A stretch of 64,000 bases of DNA from Octopus vulgaris (taxonomy: Eukaryota). Location of the stretch: NCBI GenBank assembly GCA_951406725.2, contig OX597820.1, positions 18,352,001 to 18,416,000 of the forward strand. The letters run 5' to 3'. Positions 15,268-29,390 of the stretch are shown here, one piece after another. The position numbers and the translations under genes are program-made. Under the pieces are notes generated by a model. That model did not search any database and was not told the DNA's origin. It saw nothing but the letters and a program-made list of their open reading frames with translations. How positions within the stretch are numbered: position 1 is the stretch's first letter; every line of letters starts with the position of its first letter.

Positions 15268-16040
15268 TATGTGTGTTTGTCTGTGTGTTTGTGTATATGT
15301 ATGTATATGTGTGTTCATGCATGTGTGTTTGTGTGTATGTGTATATGTATGTATAAGTGTGTTTGTACGTGTGTGTTTGTGTATATGCATGCATATGTGT
15401 TTGTATGTGTGTAAATATGTATGTTTGTATGAGTGTGTATGTGTATATGTATGTATATGCATGTATATGTGTGTGTGTGTATATGTATGCATATGTGTGT
15501 TTGTGTGGATGTGTATATGCATGTACATGTGTGTGTGTATGTGTGTATGTATGTATATGTATTTATATGTCTGTGCGTTTGTGTATGTGTATATGCATAT
15601 TCAGGTGTGTGTATGTGTTTATGTATGTATATGTATGTATATATGTGTGTGTGTTTGTGTATACACATATACATGTGTGTGTATGTGTTTATGTATGCAT
15701 ATGTATGTATATATGTGTTTGTGTGTGTATGTGTATATGTATGTATATATGTGTTTGTGTGTGTTTGTGAGTATGTGTATATGCATATAGAAGTGTGTGT
15801 GTATGTGTTTATGTATGTAAATGTGTGTGTGCATTTGTGTGTGTGCGTTTGTGTGTGTGCATTTGTGTGTGTGCGTTTGTGGGTGTGCATTTGTGTGTGT
15901 GTATATGCATATATATGTTTGTGTGTATGTGTATATGTATATATATATGTGTGTGTGTTTGTGCTTGTGTGTGTGCATATGTATGTATACGTGTGTTTAG
16001 GTGTGTATGTGTATATGTGTATATATATATATATGCATAT
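15268..16040. repeat. Degenerate (TG/TA) low-complexity tract
   Basis: Direct inspection. Confidence 0.9.
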
Positions 16041-16679
16041 TACTGAGTGTGTGTCTACGAAAGCGGTCTGTTACATCGACTCACAACCATCCAACACTGT
16101 GCAACTCATACGATTGACTTTATTTTTCCTTGTTTACTATTTATGGAAGAAAAAAAAAACTATAGAATTTAGGAAGCGTTCGTATCAATATCAGTTACCA
16201 TGGAAATGTAACCTTGCCAAAATTGATCTAACAGCTCCGAATATCAATTCTTTGTTCTGCTCAATTTAATATAGTTCTCTACATCCGCAGATGAGGTAGT
16301 GGTTTTGTTTCATTCCTTCGTTTTCATACTTATTTATTTATTTATTCGTTTTTATTCATTTTTATTTTACATAATTTTTTTTTGTTATTTTATTATTTTT
16401 ATTTGTTGATTAATATTCGTTATTGTCATTATCATTCATAAGCTTGTTGTTATTGTTGTTTACTATAATTTCTCTGTGTGTGTGTGTCTGTGTGTTTGTG
16501 TGTGTGTGTGTGTTTGTTCCAGGACATGGATAAATCAATAACTTGGTATTTCTTTTTTTTTTATATCTTTATATTAAAATCTGTTTGTTTATTTTTTTTT
16601 TTAAATACCGTTATCTTATTGTTCCACTTTCATCACATTCTCATCCTTCTTTTTTCCTTTGTCCTTTCCCCCCCCACCT

Positions 16680-17350
16680 CTGCCTTCTCCTCATCTTCAT
16701 CTTCCTCATCCTGTTCTTTCTCTTCTGCTTCTCCTAGTCTCTGTTATCCATCCTTTTCTTCTTTTCTACTTCTTCTTCATCTTCTTCTTCTTCTTCTTCT
16801 TCTTCTTCTTCTTCTCCTCCTCCTCCTTCTTCTTCTTCTTCTTTTTCTTCTTCTCCTCCTTCTCCTTTTTGTCCTTTTTTATTCCTCGTCTTCTTCTCCT
16901 TCTTCTTCTTCTCCTTCTTCTTCTCCTTCTTCTTCTTCTTCTTCTTCTTCTTCTTCTTCTTCTCCTCCTCCTCCTCCTCCTTTTTGTCCCCCTTTTATTC
17001 CTTGTCTTCTTCTTCTTCTTCTTCTTCTTCTTCTTCTTCTTCTTCTTCTCCTTCTTCTTCTTCTTCTCCTCCTCCTCCTCCTATCTTCTTCTTCTTCTTC
17101 TTCTTCTTCTTCTTCTTCTTCTTCTTCTTCTTCTTCTTCTTCTCTATTGTTACTGCTTAAATTCCTGGTGACTAGGGACCTAACTCAGAGTTCTCTTATT
17201 CTCAATTCCATATTGGCAATAATTTTCATTGCTTTTGGATATCTGTTCTTTAGTGCAAGTGGTTGTTGTTGTTGTTGTTGCTCTTCTTGTTCTTCTTGTT
17301 CTTCTTCTTTTTTCTCTTTCTCTTCTTCTTCTTCTTCTTCTTCTTCTTCT
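16680..17350. repeat. (TTC)n/(TCC)n polypyrimidine tract
   Basis: Direct inspection. Confidence 0.9.
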
Positions 17351-17626
17351 TCATGCTGTTTAGCCCATCCTCACCTGGACCCCAGGTGCACTTCTGCCCT
17401 GACCTACTATCTAAACCTACAAGCAAAGGCTTTCCAACAATGACATTCCCATTAGTCCAGAATTACCTGTAAGTAACTTCATTAGCTAATGTATCCTTGA
17501 TCTTTTCTTTAGGACAACAAAGCTATACTTTGGCTGCTATTTCTAGTAGGTCAAGAAAGCTGGTAGAGATCCATAGGCATGAGGGCTTTCAGTGATTGCA
17601 GAAACACAGAACTGAAAGATGAAAGT

Positions 17627-17889
<263 letters not shown>

Positions 17890-18009
17890 TATATATATAT
17901 ACATAAACTGGCAATATGACCATTCCGAAATATAACAATATATATATACACATATATATATTTAATTTATGAGAGAGATGGAAGATGGAAGATACGAGAA
18001 TGTTTATTG

Positions 18010-18104
18010 ATCACCACAATTGTTTCGACCAATCTTTCACGGATGGAATACTTAGTAACTGTTTTAGGAGTATCTGTTGGTGTGGATGTGTCTCTTCAGG
18101 TGAT
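18010..18104 (-). ncRNA. Hammerhead with long stem II insertion and non-canonical GUG site
   Basis: atcac-CTGAAGA-gac(~60 nt)gtc-GAAA-caattg-TG-gtgat. Confidence 0.55.
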
Positions 18105-18549
18105 TACAAGATGTCTTTCATTAAAATAACACCTATTCCACAAGTTTTCTTCTTGGTATGTGTATACAAAAGCACCAGATTAAGGGACACAGGTTCATTA
18201 TTAAAGAAGATCACTATTAAATATCAGATGCAAAAAGAAACATATTCACAATACAGTGAATAATTATAACGACATAGAATATGGAGGCTTACATATTGAC
18301 ATAAATTACTTAATAGCAGGCTTGAACAGACCTTAAGATGCTTGCATAAACATACCAAAACATTCAAGAAATTTAAAGGAAGTTCTACATAACTCAATGT
18401 CCCATCTACAGCCAGGTGGGAAAGGAAGGGTAAAACAAAAAAGCTCTGGAAGTCTATGGCCCTCCATAAGCAATCTGGCATATATTCAATCTACTTTATT
18501 TTACCAAACATAAAAAACAGGGCTGGTAAATATGTGAATAACTACAATT

Positions 18550-18952
18550 ATATTCTTTTCTACTCTAGGCACATGGCACAAAATTTTGTGGGAGGGAGCC
18601 AGTTGATTACATCAACCCCAGTATGCAACTCGTACTTAATTTATCAACCCCGAAAGCATGAAAGGCAAATTCGACCTCGGCGGAATTTGAACTCAGAATG
18701 TAAAGACAGATGAAATACCTATTTCTTTACTACCCACAAGGAGCTAAACACAGAGGGGACAAACATGGACAGATAAACGGATTAAGTCGATTACATCGAC
18801 CCTAGTGTATAACTGATACTTATTTAATCAACCTTGAAAGGATGAAAGGCGAAGTCGACCTCAGAGGAATTTGAACTCAGAACATAAAGACAGATGAAAT
18901 ACCACTAAGCATTTCGCCTGGCGTACTAACGTTTCTGCCAACTCACTGCCTT
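18550..18952 (-). mobile_element. SINE family D (Nin/Deu-like central domain), internally duplicated
   Basis: Reverse complement of gttctgagttcaaattccgccgaggtcgactttgcctttcatcctttcggggtcgataaattaagtaccag, present twice. Confidence 0.8.
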
Positions 18953-19439
18953 GCAATATTCTTTTCTATAACTTAGTGGTTTGGCAAATGTGACCAATAG
19001 AATAAGTACCAGGCTTACAAAGGTGGTGCTCCAGCATGGCCTCAGTCAAATGACTGAAACAAATGAAAGAATAAAAGATAAAAGTATTAAAACTTTGATG
19101 ACTCCTTCAAGCAAGATGACTCCAAGATCCATTCGACTCCACCTGATTCTCCATGACTCACCTGCTCATACCTTTTCCAACAAGTCCCATTTATTACACG
19201 CATGGCACTAAATCACATTACTTGCTTTCTTTTTTGTGTTTTTTACCTTAACCCACTTTACCCAGAAACAGCCTTCTTTGCCTCGCTTCTTTACCTATAT
19301 TTTGCTCCGAAACACATCATCTACCTGGAGAAGTTCAAGTTCAAACTCTGACCACGATGATCTCATCAGACAAGAGTCAGCCCAAATAGGTCAGCCTCGT
19401 TGTTGTTAGACCAAACAGCTTTCACCTAACCATGTTATT

Positions 19440-19538
19440 TTCATCATCACTGTCATCATCTGCATCATCATCATCATCATCACCATCATCATCATCACCA
19501 TCATAATCATCATCATCATCACCACCACCACCACCACC

Positions 19539-19572
<34 letters not shown>

Positions 19573-19975
19573 TCAACACAGTCATCATTGTTGCCATCTT
19601 CATCATCATTGTCATCATCATCGTCATCACCAGCATTATTGCAATTATCATTGTTGCCATCATCATTATCATCATCATTATCGCTGTCATCAGTGTCATC
19701 ATCGCCATCATCATCAAGTTGTCATTATTGTCGTCATCATCATCGTTGTCGTCGTCATCATCCTCATCATCACCATCATCATCATCATCATCATCATCAT
19801 CACCATCAACAGCAGCGGCATCATCATCATCATCATACTCATCATCGCCATCATCATCATCATCATCATTATCATCAGAAAGACCATCATCATCTCTCTA
19901 ACTACTACCACCTCCACCACCGCCACCTCCACCACTAACACCACCACCACCATCAGGATTATTGTCACCACCATG
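19440..19975. repeat. (ATC)n/(ACC)n trinucleotide tract
   Basis: Direct inspection. Confidence 0.9.
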
Positions 19976-20423
19976 GCCAGTTTTCAGTTTTATTAGTCAT
20001 ATTAATCATAACGCCAACCCTTTTAAAGATTCCACAAAACCTGAAGCAACAGCTTCATTAGCCAAGATACTTTTTAATTAGTGACAGAATATCATAGACA
20101 AAAAAACAAACAAACAAACAAACAAACTAATGAGCAAATTAATCCATTTTGCAGACTATATTACAGATAGAAGGGATTTAATTTGGCAAAGAACAATAAT
20201 CCATGCTTTTTTTTTTAGTTTTTGTCTTCACTGCTTGTGTTGTTTGCATTTTTGTTTGTTTTTATTTAAATATTTGTTTCTTTAGCTTCTTTTTTTGTTT
20301 TTGTAGTTTGCTTGTCTTATACGGTTTCAAATTGTTTTGTCTGTGCTCGTCAGGGAAACTGTGTGATTGGGGTGAAGATGCTGAAGGAAGCGAATATGTT
20401 TAGCAAACTGATGTATATCTATA

Positions 20424-20471
<48 letters not shown>

Positions 20472-20475
20472 TGTG

Positions 20476-20920
20476 TTAATAGCATACATATATCCATATA
20501 TGATGTATGTGTATGTGTGTGTGTGTGTTAATAGTGTACATATATCCATATATGATGTATGTTTGTGTGTGTGTGCGTGTGTGTGTTAATAGCATACATA
20601 TATCCATATATGATGTGTGTATGTGTGTGTGTTGATAGCATACATATATCCATATATGGTGTGTGTGTGTTAATAGCATACATGTATCCATATATAATGT
20701 GTGTGTGTGTTAACAGCGGACATATATCCATATATGATGCATATGTGTGTGTGTGTGTGTGTGTGTTAATAGCACACATATATCCATATATGATGTGTGT
20801 GTGTGTGTTAATAGCACACATATATCCATATATGATGTGTGTGTGTGTTAATAGCATACATATATCCATATATGATATTTGTGTGTGTATGTTAATAGCA
20901 TACATATATCCATATATGAT
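20476..20920. repeat. Minisatellite: 10 copies of ttaatagcatacatatatccatatatgat separated by variable (GT)n
   Basis: Copies at ~20476, 20528, 20586, 20632, 20670, 20710, 20766, 20808, 20848, 20892. Confidence 0.9.
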
Positions 20921-21175
20921 GTATGTGAGTGTGTGTGTGCATGCGTGTGTATATTTCTGTGTATGTGTCTTTGTGCCTGTGTTTGCCCCCCCCACCACCA
21001 CCACCACCATTGCTTGATAACTAGTGTTGGTGTATTTATATACCCGTAACTTAGCAGCTCGGCAGTTAAGTACCAAGCTTACAAAGAATAAGTCCTGGGG
21101 TCAATTTCTTTCACTAAAAGGTGGTGCTCCGGCTTGGCCGCAGTCAAATGACTGAAACAAGTATGTTTAGCAATA

Positions 21176-21620
21176 AAGAAATAAGAAACGTCATCATGCC
21201 GGGTGAAATGCTTAGCAGTATTTCATCTGTCATTACGTTCTGAGTTCAATTTCCCCCGAGGTTGACTTTGCCTTTCATCCTTTTGGGGTTGATAAATTAA
21301 GTACCAGTTACGCACTGGGGTCGATGTAATTGACTTAATCCCTTTGTGTGTCCTTAATCCCTTTGTGTGTCCTTGTTTGTCCCCTCTATGTTTAGCCCCT
21401 TGTGGGCAATAAAGAAATAAGAAATGTTATCATGCCAGGCAAAATGCTTAGCAGTATTTCATCTGTCTTTACGTTCTGAGTTCAAATTCCGCTGAGGTCA
21501 ATTTTGCCTTTCATCCTTTCTGAGTTTATAAATTAAGTACCTGTTGCATACTGAAGTTGATCTAATTGACTGGCCCCATTCTCCAAAAATTTCGGGCCTT
21601 GTGCCTAGAGTAGAAAAGAA
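21176..21620 (+). mobile_element. SINE family D, tandem dimer
   Basis: Two aaatgcttagcagtatttcatctgtc..acgttctgagttcaa units. Confidence 0.8.
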
Positions 21621-22381
21621 TATGGAACAGCCAGCCTCTAGTTTGTTGCCTGTTATTCTATCAATTCTACAAATGATGGCTTCCCCATTTTCACTTAAAT
21701 TCTTGCTTTTCTGTTTTTACTGCATAATCAGTCTGACCCATGCTAGCATGAAAAAGTAGACGTTAAAGCAATGATGATGATCATGAGGCTAATGATGATG
21801 ATGATGATGATGACAATGATGCAGTAGAAGATGATGATGTTAAAGATGATGATGATGATATTGATGTTGCTGCTGCTAATGATGATAAGAGGATGGTGAT
21901 GAGGATGTTAGTGATGACTGAGATGATGAAAATGATGATAATGATGATAATGATGACAATGATAATAATAATGATGGTGATGATAAAGTGGAAGGGGATG
22001 ATGATAATAATGATAATGATGATGATGATGATGACAACAGGCTTCATCCAGTTTCTGTTCCACCAAATCCACTCACAACGTTCTGGTTGGTACAAGGCTA
22101 TCATAGGAAAAAACACATCTGCAGACGGTAACCCATAGTGAGATTGAACCAGAAACCATGTGTTTAGGAAGCAAACTTATTACCACACAGCCGCACCTGC
22201 ACCTATTGTTTTGTACGTCTTTCTAGAAAATACAGTAAGTAGGTAAGTCAGTCTATGATAAATTCAAAGGTAATATTTCAGGAGACAAGAACACAATATT
22301 TAATCAGATTCCGAGACTACCAAACATTTTTGTGCCTAAAGACAGATCAAATATGACAAACACCTTATATGGTATATCAGG

Positions 22382-22860
<479 letters not shown>

Positions 22861-23419
22861 TTCTATTTGTATGCAAAAGAATGAAATTTGATATATATCA
22901 TTTTCATATTTGATCAGTCACTGTCCTGACTCTCTGATTAAATTAATTATTTATTTGCTCTGATATATTTAAATCTGTCATTGTGTACACACACACGTGT
23001 GCATGTGTGCATACACAGAAACTCACGCATACATAAAAACAAACATAGGCCTACACAATTAGACACACACACACACACACACACACAGAGTCACATGCAT
23101 ACGTGTATTGGTTTGTTTTAATGAACTAGGAAAACATCATGGCGTCATCCCTTGTCAGCCAGTTCTTTTTATTTATTATTTTTTGTTTCATTTTATTCAG
23201 TATTTTTTTTTTTGTTTTTCCTATTTGAAAAATTGGTTGCACCAGCACTCACTGGCTCACATTTTCAGCTGAATAGATTGGAGTAACAGGAAATGAAGAA
23301 ACTTGCTCAAGGATACAAGGATGCAATGTGCTGTCTGATCCAAGTATCAAATCTGGGCAAAAATAAGAACACTTGAAAAGGCTGCAATTTTTAACAAACA
23401 AAACCTTTATTCTTTCCAT

Positions 23420-23966
23420 ACGACATCGAAATCAAAATCAAAATCGATCAAAAAATCAATGGAAATTGTAGTTGTGATACCAGTGCCGGTGGCAAGAGAA
23501 AAGCACCATCCGAATGTGGCCGTTGCCAGCACCGCCTCGACTGGCTTCCGTGTCGGTGGCATGTAAAAGGTACCAACCGATCGTGGCCATTGGCAGCCTT
23601 GCCTGGCATGTAAAAAGCACCATCCGAATGTGGCCGTTGCCAGTGCTGCCTCGACTGGCTTCCGTGCCGGTGGCATGTAAAAAGCACCAACCAATTGTGG
23701 CCGTTGCCAGCCCCACCTGGCTCCTGTGCCGGTGGCACATAAAAAGCACCATCCGAACGTAGCCATTGCCAGCACCACCTTGACTGGCTTCCGTGCCGGT
23801 GGCACGTAAAAGGCTCCCACTACACTCACGGAGTGGTTGGGGTTAGGAAGGGCATCCAGCTGTAGAAACACTGCCAGATCAGACTGGAGCCTGGTGCAGC
23901 CTCCTGGCTTCCCAGAACCCGGTCGAACCATCCAACCCATGCTAGCATGGAAAACGGATGTTAAAC

Positions 23967-23999
<33 letters not shown>
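23420..23999 (+). mobile_element. SINE family C, long form with 5-6 internal tandem units
   Basis: Units start near 23483, 23550, 23604, 23664, 23726 and 23793, followed by the common tail and (gat)n. Confidence 0.85.
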
Positions 24000-24808
24000 A
24001 CGACAATGAACACAAAAAAGCAAATATCGTCATTACTATGAACGACAAAATATCAAGAGAGTTTGTATGTTACTGTTCTTGGCATAATTGTAAAAGCAGT
24101 CAAAACGTTAACTGCAGGTCATTGAGCTGTTGTTGCTGAATGTTTATTATGGTTGTTGTCAGCAGCTATCTGTATAACTCCCCTGTCCATCTGCTGTCTC
24201 ATCTCTGCTGTCTCCCAATGCTCTCTCTCTCTCTCTCTCTCTGCAGCATCTCAAAGCTATCTGTCAAGTAGTCGAGGTGTGCTGAATTTATACTGGTGGA
24301 TAGGCTTGAAAGGAAGTGTGCCAGAAGATGACATTGTTGTTGGTGCCTATTCCATGCTGCAATTGGTCACATTTTGTTGATCACTTGTGCTGCAATTCCA
24401 ATGAATTGCAACATTGGGTGACATTGCTGGATAATCCTGTTATAAATCTCAGACATTATAACTGGGAAACTTATGCACGAACCACTAGGCCATGCACACA
24501 TATATGAACATATATACAAATGTATACATACACACACACACACACACACACACATATGCATACACATATGTATACACTATATATATGTATATATGTATAT
24601 GTGTGTATATATAAACAGACAAGTGGGTGGACAAAATGAGAGAAAGAAGCACTCAATACATTTAGTATGGATTACATATATTGCTATTTGAAGCAATTTG
24701 ATTTGGCACCATACGACTTAAAATTTCATAGGCTTCTAATAGGAACCTGCAAAGTTTTAAGTTACATGGGGACAGCCAAATTAAACTGTTTTAAATAATA
24801 TATATACA

Positions 24809-24953
24809 GGTACAGGAGTGGCTGTGTGATAAAATGCTTGTTTTACACATGGTTCCAGGTTCAGTGGCACCTTGAGTGTCTTCTACTATAGCTTCAGGCT
24901 GACCAAAGCCTTGTGAGTGGATTTGGTAGATGGAAACTGAAAGAAGCCTGTTG

Positions 24954-24988
<35 letters not shown>

Positions 24989-25208
24989 ATATTTGTGTGT
25001 TTGTGTCTGTGTTTGTCCCCCACCATTGCTTAACAACTGATGTTGGTGTGTTTACATCCACGTAACATAGCAGTTTGGCAAAAGAGACTGATAGAATAAG
25101 TACCAGGCTTACAAAGAATAAGTCCTGAGGTCGATTTCTTCAACTAAAAGGTGGTGCTCCAGCATGGCCACAATCAACATAACTGAAATAAGTAAAAGAA
25201 TAAAAGAA
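24809..25208 (+). mobile_element. SINE family A
   Basis: Full head, microsatellite and tail. Confidence 0.85.
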
Positions 25209-25223
25209 TATATGTATATATAT

Positions 25224-25410
25224 AGGGAGAGTTTACGAAAAAAACAAAAGATGAAGACAGGTGGTGTACAAAACAAACAGATGTATTTGTATAACGCTCA
25301 GGAACAGAAAAAGTCTTTTACGTTTTGAGCCTACGCTCTTCTACAGAAAGGGACACAGAAAAAACAAGGAGAGAAAAAATATGTGTGTAGTGGCTAATCA
25401 TCTATAACAG
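25224..25410 (-). mobile_element. Short TA-anchored repeat with hammerhead-like motif (25315-25350)
   Basis: Minus strand cttt-CTGTAGA-a-gagc gtag gctc-AAAA-cg-TA-aaag; homologous to 27300-27455. Confidence 0.6.
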
Positions 25411-25661
25411 TTTTATGTAAACAATTATTATATCACTTATTCATATCTCTCTTTTCTAGCTGTCATATGACATATTCAATGAAGAAAAGTTTGTATGTTA
25501 CCTTCTTGCATGACAGCCAGATGAGCTTAATATATGAATATTGACCAAACAATTTGTAGGAATGTGACCCAGAATTCTGAGTCACATTCCTACTTTAAAA
25601 ACAAGCTAATTTTCCAACAACAGCCAGAACAGGCATAATTTGAGACACGTCTCCATATACT

Positions 25662-25702
25662 AAACACTTTTGAAAATCTAATACGAAACCGGTAAAGTGT
25701 TT
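25662..25702 (+). ncRNA. Hammerhead-like motif with U3-A8 covariant core
   Basis: aaacactt-TTGAAAA-tctaatac-GAAA-ccgg-TA-aagtgttt; 8-bp stem I, palindromic ACCGGT stem III, stem II does not pair. Confidence 0.55.
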
Positions 25703-25812
25703 TCTTATATTTTAAAAGATAATTAAATTCTGATTAATTCGAGTATATTCTCTTTGCATTTTCAACTTCATTTTTCCTATTCTTCCACTTGTTTGGATCA
25801 ATAACAATTTAT

Positions 25813-25885
<73 letters not shown>

Positions 25886-26433
25886 ATAGCAGTGCCCCAG
25901 CATGGCTGCAGCCTCAAGGCTGAGACATATTAAAAAAATAAAAGAAAATATATATATAAAAAGACATCCTTCAGTCATGAATTACTATGGCATTGTATCC
26001 AAAAAGTTCCCCACCTGGGCATTTGTCTGGGCAAGGTTATTTGTGGAAGACCAGTAGTCATCCATGCATGCTAGTCTCCCCTTTGCTGCTCACCAATGTT
26101 GTCCAAAGGGAAAGGCAAAAGCTGATACATTTTGACACCTGTCACATTACAATTCATTTCGACAGGTGAGTTAATTGGAGCAATGTGAAACAAACTGTCG
26201 GGCTCAAGAACACAAGACATAGTCTGGTTAAGGATTTGAATTCACTACCTCATGATTGTAAGCTCAACACTCTAACCACTGAGCCATGTGCCTTCATATA
26301 CATCTACTATAATAATACTCTTGTGTTTTCCTCCGTCACAACATATGAATGAGAAAGGAAGAGATGAAAAAAATCAAAGTGTTTCAGCTCTGTGTGAGTG
26401 TACATGTGTGTTTGTAAAAGGGAGGTATGTGAA

Positions 26434-26498
<65 letters not shown>

Positions 26499-27040
26499 AA
26501 TGGAAGTGGGATGGTGAACATTCAACGCTGAAAAGAAAAATCAAACAGTGTTTCAACTCTGTGTGAGTATATGTGTATATGTGTGTGCGTGTACAAGGGA
26601 AGTATGTGAAAGTTTGTTTGCTTGAACCACCGTTCTTTCAAATAACAAATGATGATCGATGTCACATCTCAAAAGACAAGCACCAGATAACATTGACAAA
26701 TGTATTTGATTTACCATCCATATTTATAAATAAAATACTACAATTAGCCATAATTTTTAATGGCCAGTTAGTGTACATATATATACCAAATATATACATT
26801 TTTATTTTATTTTGCACATTACTTAATCATCGGTATATTATTGTTATTTTATATTTACTATTTCTATTATATGTAATTTTCTAGATGGTGTAATTTAATT
26901 GTTCATTTTGAATTGATAAAAGGTGGGTTTTTTCTAATTTTTATATATATATTATATTTTGTGAAATTTGATTTAGTATTTCTAAATTGAATTTTTCCCT
27001 GTAAGTTAGGAATAATATTCCCTTAAATAATAATTATTTT

Positions 27041-27082
<42 letters not shown>

Positions 27083-27299
27083 GACATACAAAAAGTACCT
27101 TTTACTGTCTTGGTCGATGTTAGGAAGAGCATCCAGCCACAAAATCTATACTAAATCAGACTGAAACCTGATGCAGCTCTCCAGCTTACTAGTTCCAGCC
27201 AAACTGTCTAAGCCATGGCAGCATGGAATGCAGACGCTAAATAATGATGATGATGATGATGATGTTTTTTCTTACTCTGTTTTTTTAAAAAATTTTTTA

Positions 27300-27455
27300 T
27301 TCTATCTCTCTGTTTATTTCCTCATGTTTCTTTCTGTTGAAGAGCGTAGGCTCGAAACATAAAAGACTTTCTCACCTTCCCGAGTATCAAACTAATACAC
27401 CTGCTTGTTGTTTATACACCTGTCTTCATCTTTTGTTTTTCTGTAAATTTCAACT
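27300..27455 (+). mobile_element. Short TA-anchored repeat with hammerhead-like motif (27329-27366)
   Basis: tcttt-CTGTTGA-a-gagc gtag gctc-GAAA-ca-TA-aaaga. Confidence 0.6.
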
Positions 27456-27513
27456 ATATATATACACACATATATATATATATACATATGTATACATACA
27501 CACACACACACAC

Positions 27514-27579
<66 letters not shown>

Positions 27580-27792
27580 GTATGTATATATATATATATG
27601 TTTGTGTGTGTATATATATATGTATGCATATATGTATACACAAACACACACACGCACACACAGACACACAACCACACACATATTTAATCTACTGTCAAGC
27701 AGATCTACAGAAATGTACAGGTCACTTACAAATATATAATTATAGAGAAAACATCCATTTAACAAACGACATAACTGTGTTACTTTAGAAAA

Positions 27793-27824
<32 letters not shown>

Positions 27825-28384
27825 CAGAAACTGCATCAATATAAATGGAACCTGTATTAAGAAGTGGGTGAATGATAAACAATATATTCATTTTTATACA
27901 ATAGTAATAAAGCTACGACAACAAACATACGTATGCTGTATAGAGAATGTAGTTACTCATAGCATCAACATGATAAAAGCAACTTGTCAACAATTACACC
28001 AGCTCAATACACAAAGTGACAATGCTGGTAAAGTTTAGACATCTAACAATGCTTTGATTAAATTATTCTTGTAAATGAACATATGTCATTGGAAAGGTCT
28101 GGAAACATAAAAAAAGAGAAAAAAGAAAAAAAATAGGAAAATGAATGATATAGATCATCGTTTTAAATTATCAGCTAAAATAGATAACGAAGAATAAAAT
28201 GAAATAAAACTGTTTAAAACTGTTGGATCCTAGGAGAAAATTTTATGTAACTTAATTATTAACAGGACTTAAGAGTTATGGTTCTGAGATAAACTTGTAT
28301 AATCAGAGAGTCTCTAGTTAGATATATTGGAGGTGTATGTAAATATGTATATATGTATATATATATTGTTTTCATAAATTATTC

Positions 28385-28783
28385 TTTTATGTTTTTCAGT
28401 CATTTGACTGCGGCCATGCTGGAGCACCACAGGACTTATTCTTTGGAAGCCTAGTACTTATTCTATCAGTCTCGTTTGCCGAACTACTAAGTTACGGAGA
28501 CATAAATACACCTGCATTGGTTGTCAAGCGATGGTGGGGAGGACAAACACAGACACACAAATACATACATACATACATACGTACATACATACATACATAC
28601 ATACATACATACGTACATACACACATATATACGACGGGCTTCTTTCAGTTCCCATCTACTAAATCCACTCACAAGGCTTTGGTCGGCCTGAGGATATAGT
28701 AGAAGACACAAGGTGCCATGCAGTGGGACTGAACCTGGAACTATGTGGTTGGTAAGCCATCTACTTACCACACAACCAATCCT
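28385..28783 (-). mobile_element. SINE family A
   Basis: Reverse complement of the consensus. Confidence 0.85.
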
Positions 28784-29390
28784 GTGTATGTATGATGTAT
28801 ATACATATGTTCATAAGTCTGTACATATGAATGTTCTATGCATGTTCTTATGTATCATTGTACGTATCATCATCATCATCATCATCGTTTAACGTCCGTT
28901 TTCCGCGCTAGCACGGGTTGGACGGTTTCGACCGGGGTCTGGGGAGCTCGGGACTGCCCCAGACTCCGCGAGTGTAGTGGGTGTGTGTTACGTGCCACCT
29001 GCACAGGTGCCAGAGGGGTCTGGCATCGGCCACGTTCGGATGGTGCTTTTTATGTGGGGGGGGGGATGCAGAAATATATAGGGGAGCACCAGTGGGGAGG
29101 GGTGGTTCAGAGAAATGATGACAGGTTCTAGGCAAGTAGAACGTAGGATATCAAGAGAGGGTAATGCATGGTGAAATAGCGTGTTGAAGAGGGGGTTCGA
29201 AGAGTAGACACCTATAATGGTGGTGGGAGAAGCGACATCCGGTATAGATGGAACAAAAATATAGAGATATCCGGTATTGGTGGTGGGGGTGGGCAAGGGC
29301 GGGTGCACCGGGAATATGCGAAGGTTGAACTTTAGAGAAACGGGCGGGAATGGCGATGTTTTTAGGGTGGCATGTAGAAAGAAAAGGAAA

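Noticed and set aside
16194-16207. RFX X-box-like gttaccatggaaat (also 33853-33867)
   Set aside because: Short motifs with no gene or promoter context; could be chance
15269-17472. ORFs of 170-321 aa (CV/Y-rich, poly-S/L)
   Set aside because: Microsatellite translations
19330-19375. Minus-strand CTGATGA followed by a small hairpin
   Set aside because: No GAAA, stem III or stem I; similar failures at 1832, 33826, 36846 and 41067
20476-20920. CRISPR-like repeat-spacer look
   Set aside because: Spacers are (GT)n of variable length, there are no cas genes, and the context is eukaryotic
23407-24048. 213-aa ORF with internal repeats
   Set aside because: Antisense reading of SINE C tandem units
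24060-24490. Unique island with tctctgcag acceptor-like site
   Set aside because: No convincing reading frame or donor; may be regulatory but unsupported
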